A stretch of 6,628 nucleotides of DNA from a virus (lineage: Duplodnaviria > Heunggongvirae > Uroviricota > Caudoviricetes), in IMG/VR virus record IMGVR_UViG_2603880148_000010. One strand, given 5' to 3'. Both the position numbers and the translations under genes were made by a program. How positions within the stretch are numbered: the stretch's first letter is position 1; each line of letters opens with the position of its first letter. The notes under the pieces are model-generated. The model did no database searches. It was not told the origin of the DNA and saw nothing but the letters and a program-made list of their open reading frames with translations. Below, in pieces: positions 4,965 through 6,628 of the stretch.

Positions 4965-6628
4965 TTAAGAATCAGCCTGACTCGGGATCAGTTTTTGCCA
5001 GATAGCTGAAACGTATTTTGCCTGGTAACGGGCGTCATCAAGTGCATTATGGCGCTCACCTTCGAATGGAATAGCCGTTCTGGCATCGAAGTCTATGGCT
5101 TTCCCCAGCTCAACGATTGTGCGTACATCGCGATCGTTGTAGTAACGCCACGGGCAGGGGATTCCCTGCCGTTCGTATGAACGGCGCAAAATCGTGTTGT
5201 CGAAGTTGGCTCCATTTCCCCAGACATGAACAAAAAATTCACCGGAGTTTTCGTCGATAAATTCCCGCAATTGTAACAGTGCATCATCTAACGGGATTTC
5301 ATCGGTCATAATGGCAGATTGCGCTTCGCGTGATTGCTTAAGCCACCATTTAATGGTGTCCCGATCAATGACTCCGCCAGCAGTTTCCAGATCGATAGTC
5401 TTACTAAATTCCGGTCCCATATCTCCGGTTTGCGGATCGAAAAATATTGCACCTATTGAGATGATCGGGGCATCAGGATTTTTTCCCATGGTTTCAAGGT
5501 CGATCATTAGATGGTCACACGTCCTGCTGGTGGATGTGATTTCGTGATGACCGTTCACCTTAATTGAGTGATCTGCCGTCTCGCCAGTTTCATTATCGCT
5601 ATTGTGATGCTGATTGCCGCCAGTGTTCTCCTTGTGCTGATGCGCAGTGCCTTCCATTTCCTCCGGATCATTTTCCTGAACTTCAGGCTGATTCTCTCCA
5701 TCGAATATTTCCTGGTATGTTGCGTCACCCATCACCGCACCACAATCAGGGCAGTTGCCGCCACCGCTATGACCGCAGGCGGTGCAGATCTTTTCCGGTT
5801 CCTGTTGCACTACTGGTTCAGGTTGTTTCGTTTCTGGCTCGTTTTGTTGCGTATTTGGGCTGTTTTGTTCCGCTTTCTGGTCGTTCTGTTCCGTTTCTTG
5901 CTGGTTCTGGTTCACAGAATCGCGGGTCTGGATCCCCTTAACCCATTTCGGATCATTCGGGTCGCTAATCCCTTCAACAAATTCACCACGTGATACTGCA
6001 AGCAGTTCATCGGCGTCAGGCTGGCTGATATTGGCTGCCTGCATAATTTTGTTTACTTCGTCAGCGGTAACTTTTACTGACCCTGGTTGTGCGGTCGTGT
6101 CAGATGCACCAGTATTTTGTTGTGAACCTGAGTATGTACCGTTTTTGCGGGCGAAATATTCTTCTTTCGTGATTTCAGTAGCCCCAGCAGACAGCGCCTT
6201 ATCCAGACCAGAAAGTTTGTTTGCGCGACCGTATTTTTCGCCATCCTTGTCGGTGAAGAGGAAGTAGAACGGCCCCTCACGTTCTACAGATGGTTCGACT
6301 TCCACTTTGCATTCGGTTTTTTCGTTGTCTGGAATTGCCGTTTCCACTGCATCAGTTTCTGGTACTGGCGACGAGAGAGTATCAGTTGCGCTCTGATTTG
6401 TTCCTTCATCTTCAAACACGCCCTTTGTAGTCAGGTATTCAGTAATGTATTTGTTCAGTGCCACAGGGTCTTTGTGAATGTCGATCGGACGTTCACGGAC
6501 AAGGCCAAAAATAGTCTGGCGGTCGTAGCGAAGGGCATCAGGCTGTTTGCGCATTGATGCCGAGATACGCTTCCAGTCTTCGCGGTCGTTGTCGATAACT
6601 TCATTTTTTGCCCAGCGATGGATGCTGC
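4965..6628 (-). CDS. Large prophage protein (5'-partial; >553 aa visible) with a C-terminal DnaQ-like DEDDh 3'-5' exonuclease domain, a CxxC-x7-CxxC zinc-ribbon-like motif, a His-rich tract and a Q/E/N-rich repeat linker
   Basis: The minus-strand ORF stops at TAA 4965-4967. The frame stays open upstream of the ORF-track ATG (6554) to the window edge (...SIHRWAKNEVIDNDREDWKRISAS-MRKQPD...) and no SD precedes 6554, so the true start is outside the window. The C-terminal ~180 aa carry the three DEDDh motifs: Exo I MIDLETMG, Exo II VWGNGANFDNT, Exo III HNALDDARY. Confidence 0.8.
   Translation of the reverse strand, partial: SIHRWAKNEVIDNDREDWKRISASMRKQPDALRYDRQTIFGLVRERPIDIHKDPVALNKYITEYLTTKGVFEDEGTNQSATDTLSSPVPETDAVETAIPDNEKTECKVEVEPSVEREGPFYFLFTDKDGEKYGRANKLSGLDKALSAGATEITKEEYFARKNGTYSGSQQNTGASDTTAQPGSVKVTADEVNKIMQAANISQPDADELLAVSRGEFVEGISDPNDPKWVKGIQTRDSVNQNQQETEQNDQKAEQNSPNTQQNEPETKQPEPVVQQEPEKICTACGHSGGGNCPDCGAVMGDATYQEIFDGENQPEVQENDPEEMEGTAHQHKENTGGNQHHNSDNETGETADHSIKVNGHHEITSTSRTCDHLMIDLETMGKNPDAPIISIGAIFFDPQTGDMGPEFSKTIDLETAGGVIDRDTIKWWLKQSREAQSAIMTDEIPLDDALLQLREFIDENSGEFFVHVWGNGANFDNTILRRSYERQGIPCPWRYYNDRDVRTIVELGKAIDFDARTAIPFEGERHNALDDARYQAKYVSAIWQKLIPSQADS
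5822..5913. repeat. About 4.5 imperfect 21-bp tandem repeats inside the exonuclease CDS (in-frame heptapeptide repeats)
   Basis: Plus-strand units GTTGTTTCGTTTCTGGCTC / GTTTTGTTGCGTATTTGGGCT / GTTTTGTTCCGCTTTCTGGTC / GTTCTGTTCCGTTTCTTGCTG / GTTCTGGTTC... encode (minus strand) ...QQETEQN-DQKAEQN-SPNTQQN-EPETKQP... Confidence 0.7.

Larger units (their letters stand above)
3307..6628 (-). mobile_element. Lambdoid prophage, left (int-proximal) arm; continues beyond window end
   Basis: Co-directional int, xis and large exonuclease gene on the minus strand immediately follow the truncated host gene. Sequence becomes visibly more AT-rich after ~3300. The exact attachment-site core is not determinable from one junction. 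Confidence 0.8.

Noticed and set aside
5822-5913. Possible CRISPR-like or satellite repeat array
   Set aside because: The units are 21 bp, directly abutting with no spacers, imperfect, and in-frame within a CDS. This is a coding tandem repeat, not a CRISPR array.
5093-6280. Minus-strand ORFs 5093..5287 and 6074..6280, and plus-strand ORFs 5311..5547, 5564..5941, 5568..5993 and 5782..6267
   Set aside because: They are alternate-frame or antisense to the long exonuclease-domain ORF. The plus-strand ones translate to low-complexity Cys/Phe/Leu-rich strings produced by the reverse complement of the Q/E/N-rich repeat region.

Overview
This window reads as an Escherichia/Shigella-type chromosomal segment at the ynfA-rspAB locus, flanked on both sides by mobile DNA. 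Left to right: (1) the first ~403 bp of an IS1 element (insA complete, insB' partial, A6C frameshift motif, terminal inverted repeat) inserted into codon 15 of ynfA, leaving a 3' ynfA remnant; (2) an intact rspA-rspB operon (mannonate-dehydratase-like enolase-superfamily enzyme plus zinc-dependent medium-chain dehydrogenase); (3) a 36-codon orphan ORF that looks like the N-terminus of an MFS transporter, which I interpret as the 5' remnant of a gene split by prophage integration; (4) the left arm of a lambdoid prophage transcribed on the minus strand: a full-length tyrosine integrase, a small excisionase-like gene, and a large gene, open at the window edge, whose C-terminus is a DnaQ-like (DEDDh) 3'-5' exonuclease preceded by a zinc-ribbon-like motif, a His-rich tract and a Q/E/N-rich linker encoded by 21-bp tandem repeats. 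That large gene is the most unusual object here. All calls come from reading the sequence and the supplied ORF translations; no database search was run. I found no tRNA, rRNA or CRISPR array.
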